The translations under genes were made by a program, and so were the position numbers. Source: Promethearchaeota archaeon (GTDB lineage Archaea > Asgardarchaeota > Lokiarchaeia > Sigyniarchaeales > SOKP01). Taken from it: a stretch of 64,000 nt of DNA. Shown in pieces: positions 9,682 through 20,152 of the stretch. The DNA lies in NCBI GenBank assembly GCA_019058365.1, contig JAHPZE010000007.1:32001-96000 (forward strand). Reading direction: 5' to 3'. The notes beneath the pieces are model-generated. The model was not told where the DNA came from. It searched no databases and worked only from the letters and a program-made list of their open reading frames with translations. The stretch's first letter is position 1. Each line of letters opens with the position of its first letter.

Positions 9682-11184
9682 ATGAAAATATCTCCTAATC
9701 TAATTTATCAAGAGTTTAAAGAGGGGAATTTAGAAAAACAATCTGCCATAAATCAATTATTTACTTTAATCAATAATTCAGATGACGCTGAATTAAGAGT
9801 AGAAAGTATTGAAATATTAATAAAAATTGGTTCAAATAATGAACAAATTTTTGAATTATTTGAGAATCTTTTAATATCCGATTCACATGAAAAAGTTAGA
9901 AACACCGCAATAAAAGCTATTAAAAATAATTTCATCGAAAAAGCATTTACACCAATGAAATGGGCTCTTCAACATGAGACATCAATAATCTGTCTCATTT
10001 CTATAATCTCTACTTTAGGTAGAATACAAAGCGAAAAAGCTAAATTGTTTTTAATTGATAAATTAAAAAATATTGACATTTTTGAGTTTAATGAAAGTCT
10101 TCAAAATCTATTCAACGGTGGAAAAATCAATAATTTCAAGAATGAGAGCCTTTCAGACATATTAAATAATTATTATGTTATAAAACATTTCAAAAAGGAA
10201 TTTAAAGATATAGATTACATAGTAAAGGATGGCTTAGTCATATCATTAGATTTATCAGGGATTAGTACTCATGTATTTGGATGGAAAATTTTAAGGAAGT
10301 TGCCTGAATTTATTGGTGTTCTAAAGTACCTTAAAAAGTTGGACTTAAAAATTAATAGAATAGCCAAATTACCTAAAACGATCGTTAATCTTGATAATCT
10401 TATATATTTAGATCTTAGCAATAATAATCTCAAGAAATTAACAGAATCTATTTGCCTTTTAAGTTCATTAGAGTTCTTAAATCTAAGATATAATAAGATA
10501 ACCGAGATACATAGTTCTATTGGTAAATTAAAAAACCTAAAGACTTTAGATTTAAGACATAACAGCCTGAAAACTCTTCCTAATGAAATTTATGGTTTAT
10601 TTTCGTTAGAAATCCTAGATTTACATGGAAATCAGTTAAATAGTCTACCTATATCAATAGAAGGGCTAAGATCTCTAAGAAAATTGGAACTTGGATTAAA
10701 TAATATTGAAGAACTTCCTGAGGAGATAATAAATCTTCAATCTCTAAAGAAATTGGGTTTGGGGGGTAATAAAATATCACCCAATTTTTCTCTTTTAAGT
10801 AATTTAACCTCACTTACTGATTTAGATCTATATGATAATAATCTTAGGTTACTTCCCAATGAAATTGGATTATTAAAGACCTTAGATACCTTAATTTTAA
10901 GGAATAATAAACTTACTGACTTACCCGAATCACTTAAAAATTTGAGATCTCTTCAAAAACTAGATTTAAGTTGGAATAATCTTGTAACACTCCCTGAATG
11001 GTTTGGTTCTTTAACTTCGTTAAAAGAATTAAATCTTTGGGGAAATAATTTAAAATCCCTTCCTTCTTCAGTGGTTAACCTCGAATCGCTAAAAATTCTT
11101 AATTTGAACTTTAATAAATATATCAGAAAAATTCCAGATTCCCTAAAAACCTTGCAAAATAAAGGATTAAAAATTTATAAATAA
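9682..11184 (+). CDS. HEAT-repeat + leucine-rich repeat protein
   Basis: ~12 LRRs; paralogue of 2179-3669 (shared LDLHGN, LELG, LDLYDN, LSWNN, LNLWGN series). Confidence 0.9.
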   Translation: MKISPNLIYQEFKEGNLEKQSAINQLFTLINNSDDAELRVESIEILIKIGSNNEQIFELFENLLISDSHEKVRNTAIKAIKNNFIEKAFTPMKWALQHETSIICLISIISTLGRIQSEKAKLFLIDKLKNIDIFEFNESLQNLFNGGKINNFKNESLSDILNNYYVIKHFKKEFKDIDYIVKDGLVISLDLSGISTHVFGWKILRKLPEFIGVLKYLKKLDLKINRIAKLPKTIVNLDNLIYLDLSNNNLKKLTESICLLSSLEFLNLRYNKITEIHSSIGKLKNLKTLDLRHNSLKTLPNEIYGLFSLEILDLHGNQLNSLPISIEGLRSLRKLELGLNNIEELPEEIINLQSLKKLGLGGNKISPNFSLLSNLTSLTDLDLYDNNLRLLPNEIGLLKTLDTLILRNNKLTDLPESLKNLRSLQKLDLSWNNLVTLPEWFGSLTSLKELNLWGNNLKSLPSSVVNLESLKILNLNFNKYIRKIPDSLKTLQNKGLKIYK

Positions 11185-11192
11185 TTATACTC

Positions 11193-12950
11193 TTATTGAG
11201 TCTCATATAATTCTAAAATCTCATTTACAGTCGTTATATCTTTTGGACCTTTTTCAGGACGTAACCTTAAAAAAACGGGAAACCTCATAGAATAGCCTAA
11301 TGTAGCAAATTTATCACTCATTGTAATCTCATCCCCTGTAATCTCCATTACTACCTCTGGTTTTAACCAAATGTCTGGCTTATCTTCACATATGACATTC
11401 TTTGGTTTTTTAATAGCCTTACATTGTTCCATATCTCTAGTTAAAGATTCAGATAACTCATCAGTTAATCCAGAAAAGAATCGAGTAAAAGCTATATAAT
11501 TATCATTCTCAGGGTCATAAACCGCACCAATATATGTTCCATACACTCCTGTTCTTCGACCCTTCCCATAAAAAGCACCAATTAACACCACATCAATAGT
11601 ATCTTTTAGTTTTCCTCCTTCCAAACTTTTTAACTTAAGCCATTTATAACCACGATTTCCTGCTTGATAAATTGAATCATCCTTAATTGATTTTGCCATA
11701 ATGCCTTCCGTTCCTTCCCCTCTAGCTTTTTTAAAGAATTCGAGTAATTCTTCAGTGGAATTTATTAATATTGATTCAACTAATCGTAATTCATCCCTTT
11801 CTTCAACTATTTTTTCAAGTTTTTTCCTTCGTTCTGGAAGAGGCTTATCAATGTATGATTTATCCCCAAATTTTAAGAGATCAAATACAAATAAACTTAC
11901 TGGAACTTCTTTAGCAATATTCTCAATATCATGCTTTCTCCTTCTTTGGCTTAAAACCTGAAAAGGAAGCATCTTTTCGTAAACTGGATCCATTGCAACA
12001 ACTTCTCCTTCGAGTATTACATTTTTAGTTTTTATATTTTCTCTGATAATTTGACAAACATCAGGATACTGATCCGATATATCTAAAAGACGTCGTGAAA
12101 AAAGTATCACATTATTGCCAAACTTATGAATTTGAAGTCTCTCTCCATCTAATTTGTATTCAGCTACGAAAGGAGAGCCTAATCTATTAATGAATTCGGT
12201 ATACATTTCTCGTGAAGCTAACATACTAAGAATAGGTGTTCCATATTTTATATCAATTTTTTTTACTTCTTCTAAATCTTTTTCTGCTAATAATTTGGCA
12301 ATTTCACCTAGATCGGGATATAAGGTATAAGCTCTTTCAATAAAATCTTTATTTTCCTTTTGACCTGTAAAAGCAAGAGCTAATCCCTCTATTATAGTTG
12401 GAGATTGAACACCGACTCTCAATGTTGATGTTATAATTCGCAATAAATATTTTGTTTCTAACGGAGAACATTTGCTCATTAGACCTCTTAATATCCCTAG
12501 TTTAGTATCTTGTGACCCAACTCCTTCAGATAATGCTATTTTTTTTAACTCAGAGTATAATTCCGAAATATTTAAAGAAATTTCTGAACTATAATTTTCC
12601 TTATTATAATCAAATAATGATTTTTGCTTCTTTTTTTTCGATAATATTAATTCTGCAGCTGCACCAATATCCCCTTTTTTTACTAACACTTCCTTGATTT
12701 TTTTAGTATCAACTCCAGAGTGTACAGATAATGCTTCGATTATCATTTTTTCAGCTAGTCCCATTTTTGGGAATTGTTTAATATTTGGGGTCAATTGACC
12801 TTGCAATAGATAAATAATTTTGTCTAAATCTTCAAAATCTTTTCTTTCTTTAATTTTTTTAAAGAACTCTGATAATAAGTCAATCATTTCAAGTCTTTTA
12901 GAAGTACTTTCAAGTTCTGAAAATAATTGAGATAACTTATTGAATTTCAT
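11193..12950 (-). CDS. lig: ATP-dependent DNA ligase
   Basis: EYKLDGERLQIH (motif I), LEGEVVA, FDLL, EGIMAK, WLKLK, MRFPVF. Confidence 0.96.
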   Translation of the reverse strand: MKFNKLSQLFSELESTSKRLEMIDLLSEFFKKIKERKDFEDLDKIIYLLQGQLTPNIKQFPKMGLAEKMIIEALSVHSGVDTKKIKEVLVKKGDIGAAAELILSKKKKQKSLFDYNKENYSSEISLNISELYSELKKIALSEGVGSQDTKLGILRGLMSKCSPLETKYLLRIITSTLRVGVQSPTIIEGLALAFTGQKENKDFIERAYTLYPDLGEIAKLLAEKDLEEVKKIDIKYGTPILSMLASREMYTEFINRLGSPFVAEYKLDGERLQIHKFGNNVILFSRRLLDISDQYPDVCQIIRENIKTKNVILEGEVVAMDPVYEKMLPFQVLSQRRRKHDIENIAKEVPVSLFVFDLLKFGDKSYIDKPLPERRKKLEKIVEERDELRLVESILINSTEELLEFFKKARGEGTEGIMAKSIKDDSIYQAGNRGYKWLKLKSLEGGKLKDTIDVVLIGAFYGKGRRTGVYGTYIGAVYDPENDNYIAFTRFFSGLTDELSESLTRDMEQCKAIKKPKNVICEDKPDIWLKPEVVMEITGDEITMSDKFATLGYSMRFPVFLRLRPEKGPKDITTVNEILELYETQ

Positions 12951-13034
12951 AGTTAATCGCAAGAATTTTTTTAAATTAAGATAAACATCTCTATTAAAAT
13001 TTAATAAATAATAAAAAAGAATAAAATAAAAAAG

Positions 13035-13892
13035 TTATAATAGTTTTGAGAGTTCGATAAATTTCTTTTGAATTGCGGTTTTTATTTTTGCATCAGTTGA
13101 TCCAAAGCTATTTGCCGTAAAATTCAATTTTGAGCCTTCTTTAATTGAAAATTGACATATTGGCCCATCCATTTGCTCAACGGCAAAACTCCCATCTGGT
13201 TTTTTAGAAATCCATATATCATCATAATGTTCTAAAATTGCAGAAAACACAAATGAAATTTTAGCATCAGTTAAAAGGCTTGTTGTTGAAACATTTATTG
13301 CTGGAGCTGGTTTTGACTCTGGCTTAATTGAAGGCATTGATTCAGGCACTTCATATTCAGAAGCTACTTCTCGAGGTTTTGCGGGTGTAACTGGTTGTAC
13401 GGGTGTAACTGGTTGTACGGGTGTAACTGGCTTTGATACTGAAGGTGTTGGTGTGGGTTTCGCTTCTACTGTTGGTTCTGGTTTAGTAACAACAGCAGGT
13501 TTTACTGCATCAGCTTGAAAGGTAACAATATAATTATCTAACTCTGTAAACTTTCTATCTAATATAGCTTGAAGTTCTTCATTCATTTTGGTATCTTCTG
13601 GAACTTTTCCTATTTTCCGGTCATCAATCTCTTTTATACTTCTAATATCCCGTCCTATTATACTTTTACCTACTGTATATCCATGTCCCTTTAGAGATTC
13701 GGCCTGTCTAAGAGCTGTTCTTCGAGCAACTAATCCTTGCTTAACACCATGCCATAAAAATACTGATTCGCTACTCTCATCTAAAACAATAATAGAAGTT
13801 TCTGGCAAGAAGCTGTCTCTACCCCATTTTATCGGAACAATTTCCCCTCCTGGACGAGCATCAAACATAAGTCCAAAGCTATGACTACTCAT
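13035..13892 (-). CDS. Gelsolin-domain protein with Pro/Thr-rich linker and unknown C-terminal domain
   Basis: 'FLPETSIIVLDESSESVFLWHG...ARRTALRQA' fits the gelsolin domain pattern (ILD...vW.G...R..A...A). Confidence 0.7.
   Translation of the reverse strand: MSSHSFGLMFDARPGGEIVPIKWGRDSFLPETSIIVLDESSESVFLWHGVKQGLVARRTALRQAESLKGHGYTVGKSIIGRDIRSIKEIDDRKIGKVPEDTKMNEELQAILDRKFTELDNYIVTFQADAVKPAVVTKPEPTVEAKPTPTPSVSKPVTPVQPVTPVQPVTPAKPREVASEYEVPESMPSIKPESKPAPAINVSTTSLLTDAKISFVFSAILEHYDDIWISKKPDGSFAVEQMDGPICQFSIKEGSKLNFTANSFGSTDAKIKTAIQKKFIELSKLL
13382..13430. repeat. 18-bp tandem repeat (~2.7 copies) encoding PVTPVQ
   Basis: CGGGTGTAACTGGTTGTA repeated within the gelsolin linker. Confidence 0.9.
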
Positions 13893-14227
13893 TGTATGAC
13901 ATCCCTATTTAATTCTAATAATCATGTTTTTTTTGCTATAAATAAAATAGTTTGCATAAATTTAAAAATTGAGTTTTCAAAAATAGATTTTTAATTATAT
14001 ATAGTAAATTAAATTTTGTAAATTCTCCATATTAGATAAGAATAATTACTCAATAATAAAACTGATTTAGTGTTAGCATTTTTATAAGATTTTATATCAT
14101 TAAAAATCAATTGAAGAAAGGTTAAAAGATAAAAATTAAAATTTATTAATTAAATATGTAAATTATTAATTTCATGAGAAATTCATTAGAGTAATCATAT
14201 CTTTAAAATTTACAAAAGGATACAGAA

Positions 14228-15313
14228 ATGGAATTGAATAAATTAATAAGAGAAAATCTAAGAAAATATTCCGCTTTTGAACCGGTTGAACAGCCAGAGG
14301 GTAATGGTTGGGTTAGATTAAATAGCAATGAAAACCCCTTTCCACCAATACAAGAAATACTAATTGATATTAAAAAAGCTGTAGATGAAAAAATTAGACT
14401 TTATCCAGACCCTACTTCATTTGAACTGAGGAAGGAAATATTAAATGTTCTATTACGAGATAAGGATACATTAACTAATCGAAATTCGGTTTTTATTGGA
14501 AATGGTTCAGATGAGATATTGGATGTTATTTTTAAAATTTTCATTGATCCTGGGGATGAAGTTGTTATATTTTATCCGTCATATGGACTATACAAGGTAC
14601 TAGCAACACTTTATAATGCTAAAATTAGTGAAATCCAATTAAACGATGATTTTTCTATACCAGACTCAGCTTATTCAGCAAAAGGAAAATTAATGATCAT
14701 TAACTCACCAAATGATCCAAATGGAAAATCCTTGGGGAATGCCACAATCTTGAAATTGTGTGGAAACTTTCCTGGCATTGTTGTTGTAGATGAAGCTTAT
14801 GCAGATTTCTCTAATCAAACATGTCTCCCATTATTAAAGAAAGTAAAAAATTTAATTGTATATCGATCATTTTCCAAAAGTTTTTCTCTTGCTTCTTTAA
14901 GGATGGGTTTCGCTTTAGCTGACTCAGAAATAATTAAAGAAATGAATAGAGTAAAATTACCTTATAATACAAATTATCTAGGACAAATAGCTGCTTTATC
15001 ATGTATTAAACACAATAAAAAAATAATTGAACAAAACAAAAAAATCTTAGAAGAACGAAAAAGACTGACTGAAGAATTAAATAAATTTAATGGAATCAGC
15101 GTTTTACCTTCTGATGCCAATTTTATATTTATAAAATTTGACGATAAATCTAAAACTTTAAAGTTTGTATGGGATTTAAAAGAAATGAAAATTCTAACTC
15201 GACATTTTAGCAAACCTAGCCTTTATAATTACATTAGAGTAACTATTGGAACTGAAGAAGATAATAATAAATTTTTAGATACATTTAAGACGATTGTAAA
15301 TAAATACTTGTAA
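14228..15313 (+). CDS. hisC: Histidinol-phosphate aminotransferase
   Basis: LNSNENPF, YPDP, GNGSDE, VVDEAY, RSFSKSFSLASLRMG, IRVTIGT. Confidence 0.92.
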   Translation: MELNKLIRENLRKYSAFEPVEQPEGNGWVRLNSNENPFPPIQEILIDIKKAVDEKIRLYPDPTSFELRKEILNVLLRDKDTLTNRNSVFIGNGSDEILDVIFKIFIDPGDEVVIFYPSYGLYKVLATLYNAKISEIQLNDDFSIPDSAYSAKGKLMIINSPNDPNGKSLGNATILKLCGNFPGIVVVDEAYADFSNQTCLPLLKKVKNLIVYRSFSKSFSLASLRMGFALADSEIIKEMNRVKLPYNTNYLGQIAALSCIKHNKKIIEQNKKILEERKRLTEELNKFNGISVLPSDANFIFIKFDDKSKTLKFVWDLKEMKILTRHFSKPSLYNYIRVTIGTEEDNNKFLDTFKTIVNKYL

Positions 15314-15350
15314 TCTCATTTAATTAATATTAATTTAATAATTAGGCGAG

Positions 15351-16544
15351 TTGGTAGAAATTTCTCATATATTTTTCTCTCCAGATAAAAGGAGGGGTGA
15401 AGTAGAATGCCCATTCTGCAAATATAAAATAACAAAACCTTACCCAAAAGACCAGCTTTGTCCTAAATGTAAAAAATTTTTGGCAGTTTTATTTGATCTG
15501 ACTACTGATAATGAAACAAAACCTCTTCCCAAACAATTTAAGACAAAATCTACTACATTATCTTCAAAATTAGGTACAAAAGTTAAAGTTAAGGACCCAC
15601 CATTAGTGATTTCTTTAGATAGTGATAAAATTAAATTAAAGAAAGGAGAATACGTAAAATTAATGGGAATTACCTCAATTGAAAGAACTCAACTCTATTG
15701 TAGTAATAATAACTATAATTATTTATTAGAATTAACAAATAATTTAGATTTCATAGCTACAGGTATTTTGGGAGGTGAACTTGATAAAATGCTCTTGATT
15801 TCCGAAAAGAAAGATAAGGAAGAAAAATGTCAATTTTATGTAAGCAATGAGATTATATATCTTGTTTATGGAAGATTTCCTGATAAAAAAGGCAAATGGA
15901 TTCTTGAACAAATGTCAAATAACTTCTCAGAATTAGTACAAAATAAAGATGTAGATAAATTGGATAAATTTGAGAAATATCAAATTGAAATAGAATTTAA
16001 AAAACGAACCAAGTTTATTTTACAACAATATGTTAATTTACAAGAAATATTTACTGACCAAGAAATCCCATATGTAGAAGATACCATTAGAATTGATTAC
16101 GTTGGACTATCATCGATGTCAATAGGTGTTATATCAATTCTCTTGGGGGACGAAAACTTAAACATTGAAAATGTTGGTGAATTTGAAGATCCAGACGAAC
16201 AGAAAGAAATGAAAGAATCAATGCTTACCGCAAGAATTGAAGCAATTGCTGCCAATACTCAAGGAAATACTGGAGCCACACCTCGGTGGATTGCTGTGAA
16301 ATTAGGTTTTCAAAAATATCGATTTTTAACTTTTAAAAAATATGAAAATGATTATTTTCTTTCGATGCTCTCAGATGGAAATCTAGGAAGAATTGAACAA
16401 GTAGAAGAATTGGTAGATCCTAAAATTAATCAAATAACACTTAATGAATTTTCCGGAAATTTAAAACCTTTTAACGTGTTGAAATTAGATTTAGAGCAAA
16501 ATTTTAGGAAAAGAAGAAAATTTCCTCCTTTTAGCTTTAATTAA
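15351..16544 (+). CDS. Hypothetical protein with N-terminal Zn ribbon
   Basis: CPFC...CPKC; long ORF with host-like composition. Confidence 0.65.
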   Translation: MVEISHIFFSPDKRRGEVECPFCKYKITKPYPKDQLCPKCKKFLAVLFDLTTDNETKPLPKQFKTKSTTLSSKLGTKVKVKDPPLVISLDSDKIKLKKGEYVKLMGITSIERTQLYCSNNNYNYLLELTNNLDFIATGILGGELDKMLLISEKKDKEEKCQFYVSNEIIYLVYGRFPDKKGKWILEQMSNNFSELVQNKDVDKLDKFEKYQIEIEFKKRTKFILQQYVNLQEIFTDQEIPYVEDTIRIDYVGLSSMSIGVISILLGDENLNIENVGEFEDPDEQKEMKESMLTARIEAIAANTQGNTGATPRWIAVKLGFQKYRFLTFKKYENDYFLSMLSDGNLGRIEQVEELVDPKINQITLNEFSGNLKPFNVLKLDLEQNFRKRRKFPPFSFN

Positions 16545-16671
16545 ACCCTTCATTTTATTATTATCGAGAATATTTACAACATTTGTATTATAACAAATCC
16601 AAATTTCAAAGAGATTTTTTTTTAGAATACATTTTTATTGATAAGTATACTCGAAATTAATTAAGAAATTA

Positions 16672-19164
16672 ATGGACCCGTTTATGATTGAAATTATCAA
16701 TGATACTAATGAATTATTTGAAGTTTTTAATGGTATTATTGGGTTTAAATTTAATAAAAATGGAGAAAATAAAGGGAATTATGAGATCTGTTTTAAAAAA
16801 AATAGATTAGAAGAATGTATAATTAAAGATTGTTATTCGGTGATAAATTTCTATTCCCAAGATAAAGAAAATATAATAGAATGTGCTTCTAAAAATTATT
16901 ACTTTGAAGCAAAAACAGAAAAAATAGTGAATACATTTGGAAATGGATTGAAGATTAATTTCAAATCATTAAATAATAATAATCAAGAAATTTCCTTTAA
17001 TATTCAATTTGTATTGTATGAAAATAAGGATTTTATCTTGATTAAATTAATTGACATCAAAGATAGTAATCCTAATCAATTACCGGTGCATAGTATATCA
17101 CCATTTACAGTTAAAAAAAGTCCATTATGGTTATCTGGATTAGAGTTTCCAACAAATTTACAAAATATTTCTTGGTTTAAAAACGGATGGCAAAGTTGGA
17201 GCTCTTGTGAATTATTTTTTGGGAACCAAAGAGATGCTGAAGGGTCTTCTACAGAAATTCTAAAAATGATATATGATAATCAAGATTATGTCATCAAAGG
17301 GAGATTTTACAGTGAATATTGTACTGTAATTACTGATTTAAGCTCACAAAATTCATTAGTTTTAGGTTTTGTTTCATTGAAAGATCAATTCTCAAGAATA
17401 ATTATTGATTACGATGATTATAATATACTAAAATTACTAACAGCATTTGGATGTATGGACAACATTCATTTTAACAACAGTACTATTAATTCCTCAGAGG
17501 AATTGTTCATCAGTTTTAAAATAGAGAATAAAGGATATATAGGGTTAATTGAATATGCTAAAATCGTTAATTTAAACATAAAAGAGTCCCGTAGCACTCA
17601 AATTCCAATAGGTTGGTGTAGTTGGTATTATTATTTCATAAATATTACGCAAGAACAAATGATCAAAAATTTAGAATTTTTTAAAAACCATCGAGATATA
17701 CCAATTGATTTTTTTCAATTAGATGATGGATACTTCACTAAAATTGGTGATTTTTCTAACATAAATGAAAAATTTCCTAATGGATTACCTTGGTTATTCA
17801 GATACATAAAGAAGCTTGGTTTTCAAGGAGGAATTTGGACAGCACCATTTATAGCAATAAAAAGATCTAATTTTTTCAGAAATCATCGAAATTGGTTTTT
17901 AACAAAATCAAATAAATTGTTGCCGGTACTTTTCAATTGGAAATCATTTGAATATAGTGTAGATTTATCAAATGATAAAGTATTAGATCATCTTAGTCAT
18001 TATTTCACCAATCTTCTCTATGCGTTAAAGCCAAAATCTAATAAAGTGAGAGAAGAACTTATACATTTCTTTAAAATTGATTTTCTTCATGCAGGAACAC
18101 CATATGGAGCAAATTATAGCAATCCAGTATATACAAGAGCCCAAATACTTTATAATGCTATAAAAACAATTAGAGAGGCTATTAAGGATAATGCATTTCT
18201 ATTAGGATGTGGTGCTCCATTAGGACCTTGTGTGGGATTAGTCGATGCAATGCGTATAAGTTGTGATACAGCACCTCTTTGGGATGCGGGATATGTTGAG
18301 AAATTTAAGAATGGTCGAGGTATAACTGAAATTTCTCTAAAAGCTGCTCTATTAAATACGCTATACAGATCTTTTATGCACAAATATTTTTGGATAAATG
18401 ATCCTGATTGTTTAATGATCAGACGAAGTGAAACAGAATTAAGTCTTGATGAAATTAGATTACAAATGACTATTTTTGGGTTATCTGGTGGGCAAATATT
18501 AATATCAGATGATATGTCCAAACTATCTGAAGAAGAAATTAATGATGCCAAATTCCTGCTGCCTCCTTACAATTCAAAAGAGTTTGACCCAATATTGGTT
18601 GATGCTTTTACATCAGAATTGCCATCTATTTATATGCTTGAAACTGATGAAATTATCGGAAAAAGATATCTAGTGGCGTTAATAAATTGGAATAATAAGT
18701 CAATCTCGAAGGTTTTAAAGATTTTAGATCTAGTTCCTAATTTGTATGATAATGATAGAAAATTCTGCATATTTGATTTTTGGAATGAAAAATTTCTGGG
18801 TGAATTTAAGAGTAATGATGATTTTAAATTGAGTGAAATTAAACCACATTCTTGCAGATATTTAAATGTAATTTCTTTAAATGAAAAATTACATAATTTC
18901 CCAGTTTTAATCACCTCAAATTTACATATAACTCAAGGATGCTGTGAAATAAAATTATTTGAATATAATAAAGAATTTAATCAATTAAAAATTAGATTTG
19001 AATTAGCCGGAATAAGAAAGGGCTTTATTATATTAAAACTTCCACAAAATAAGAAGATTATTAATTCGAATTTAAAATATTCCAGTATGGATTCCAAAGA
19101 TAATCTTTGGAAATTATTTGTACAATTTAAGGACAAACTTACATTAATTATTGATTTAGACTAG
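16672..19164 (+). CDS. Alpha-galactosidase, glycoside hydrolase family 36
   Basis: GWCSWYYY, FQLDDGY, GIWTAPF, FKIDFL, MRISCD, WINDPD. Confidence 0.88.
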   Translation: MDPFMIEIINDTNELFEVFNGIIGFKFNKNGENKGNYEICFKKNRLEECIIKDCYSVINFYSQDKENIIECASKNYYFEAKTEKIVNTFGNGLKINFKSLNNNNQEISFNIQFVLYENKDFILIKLIDIKDSNPNQLPVHSISPFTVKKSPLWLSGLEFPTNLQNISWFKNGWQSWSSCELFFGNQRDAEGSSTEILKMIYDNQDYVIKGRFYSEYCTVITDLSSQNSLVLGFVSLKDQFSRIIIDYDDYNILKLLTAFGCMDNIHFNNSTINSSEELFISFKIENKGYIGLIEYAKIVNLNIKESRSTQIPIGWCSWYYYFINITQEQMIKNLEFFKNHRDIPIDFFQLDDGYFTKIGDFSNINEKFPNGLPWLFRYIKKLGFQGGIWTAPFIAIKRSNFFRNHRNWFLTKSNKLLPVLFNWKSFEYSVDLSNDKVLDHLSHYFTNLLYALKPKSNKVREELIHFFKIDFLHAGTPYGANYSNPVYTRAQILYNAIKTIREAIKDNAFLLGCGAPLGPCVGLVDAMRISCDTAPLWDAGYVEKFKNGRGITEISLKAALLNTLYRSFMHKYFWINDPDCLMIRRSETELSLDEIRLQMTIFGLSGGQILISDDMSKLSEEEINDAKFLLPPYNSKEFDPILVDAFTSELPSIYMLETDEIIGKRYLVALINWNNKSISKVLKILDLVPNLYDNDRKFCIFDFWNEKFLGEFKSNDDFKLSEIKPHSCRYLNVISLNEKLHNFPVLITSNLHITQGCCEIKLFEYNKEFNQLKIRFELAGIRKGFIILKLPQNKKIINSNLKYSSMDSKDNLWKLFVQFKDKLTLIIDLD

Positions 19165-19179
19165 ATTTAATGACTTCCA

Positions 19180-20142
19180 ATGGTTTTAACTCCGAAAAAA
19201 ATATATGAGGACTTTGAAAACAACAAAATTAATAAGTATATAGCCTACGATCTATTAATTTCCTTGGTTGAAAATAGTGATATCGAAGAAATTAGAGTAG
19301 AATCCATTAAATATTTAGAAAAAGTTGGAGTATTTCATGATAAATTATTTAATTTGTTAGAAAACATACTAATTTCAGATTTAAATAGAGATATTAGAAA
19401 GATAGCGGCAGAATTTCTTAAAAAGAAATTTCTTAAAAAGTCAATTAATCCATTTAAGTGGATTATTAAACATGAAACAGATTATGAATGTTTAATTATA
19501 GCTATTAGATCATTAGAAAAAATAGGTTCTCATGAATCTAAGCTCGTCTTATTTAATGAAATAAAGAAGATAATAAAAACAAAATATCTTAATAAACAAA
19601 AAAAGATTGAAAATAAAAAATTCAAAAACATAATAAAGAACTTAAAAAAATCAAACAAATATAATTTTCTTACCCATAAAGAATTATCGGACATTCTTAT
19701 CAATTACTTAACCATTAAAAATCTGACAATGCACTATCCAAATATATATTATGAACTAAATCCACAAAATGGATTAATTGAAGAGTTGGATTTGTCAGAT
19801 TTTTTAGAATATGAGGTTAAAGGCACTCCTTTTGGATGGAAAAATAATATAAAATCAATTTCGGAAATTTTTGGTTTAAAATATTTAAAAAATATCAAAA
19901 AAATTGATTTCTCAAATAATCAAATTGAAGATATAAAGGATATAGCGAATTTAAAGAATTTAACTCATCTAATTTTAACAAATAATAATATCAGTAAACT
20001 CGAGAATATAGAAATTATTCAATCATTGCCAAATCTAGAATATATAGATTTAAGATATAATGATATTATAAAGAAAATTAATCCAAAGGAATTTGATAAA
20101 CATATTAGAGTATTATTAAAAGATGATTTTATATTAAAATAA
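19180..20142 (+). CDS. HEAT-repeat + short LRR protein
   Basis: Same N-terminus as 2179/9682 (LTPKKIYEDFE...ENSD..E.RVESI); three SDS22-like LRRs. Confidence 0.85.
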   Translation: MVLTPKKIYEDFENNKINKYIAYDLLISLVENSDIEEIRVESIKYLEKVGVFHDKLFNLLENILISDLNRDIRKIAAEFLKKKFLKKSINPFKWIIKHETDYECLIIAIRSLEKIGSHESKLVLFNEIKKIIKTKYLNKQKKIENKKFKNIIKNLKKSNKYNFLTHKELSDILINYLTIKNLTMHYPNIYYELNPQNGLIEELDLSDFLEYEVKGTPFGWKNNIKSISEIFGLKYLKNIKKIDFSNNQIEDIKDIANLKNLTHLILTNNNISKLENIEIIQSLPNLEYIDLRYNDIIKKINPKEFDKHIRVLLKDDFILK

Positions 20143-20152
20143 AAAAAAAAAA

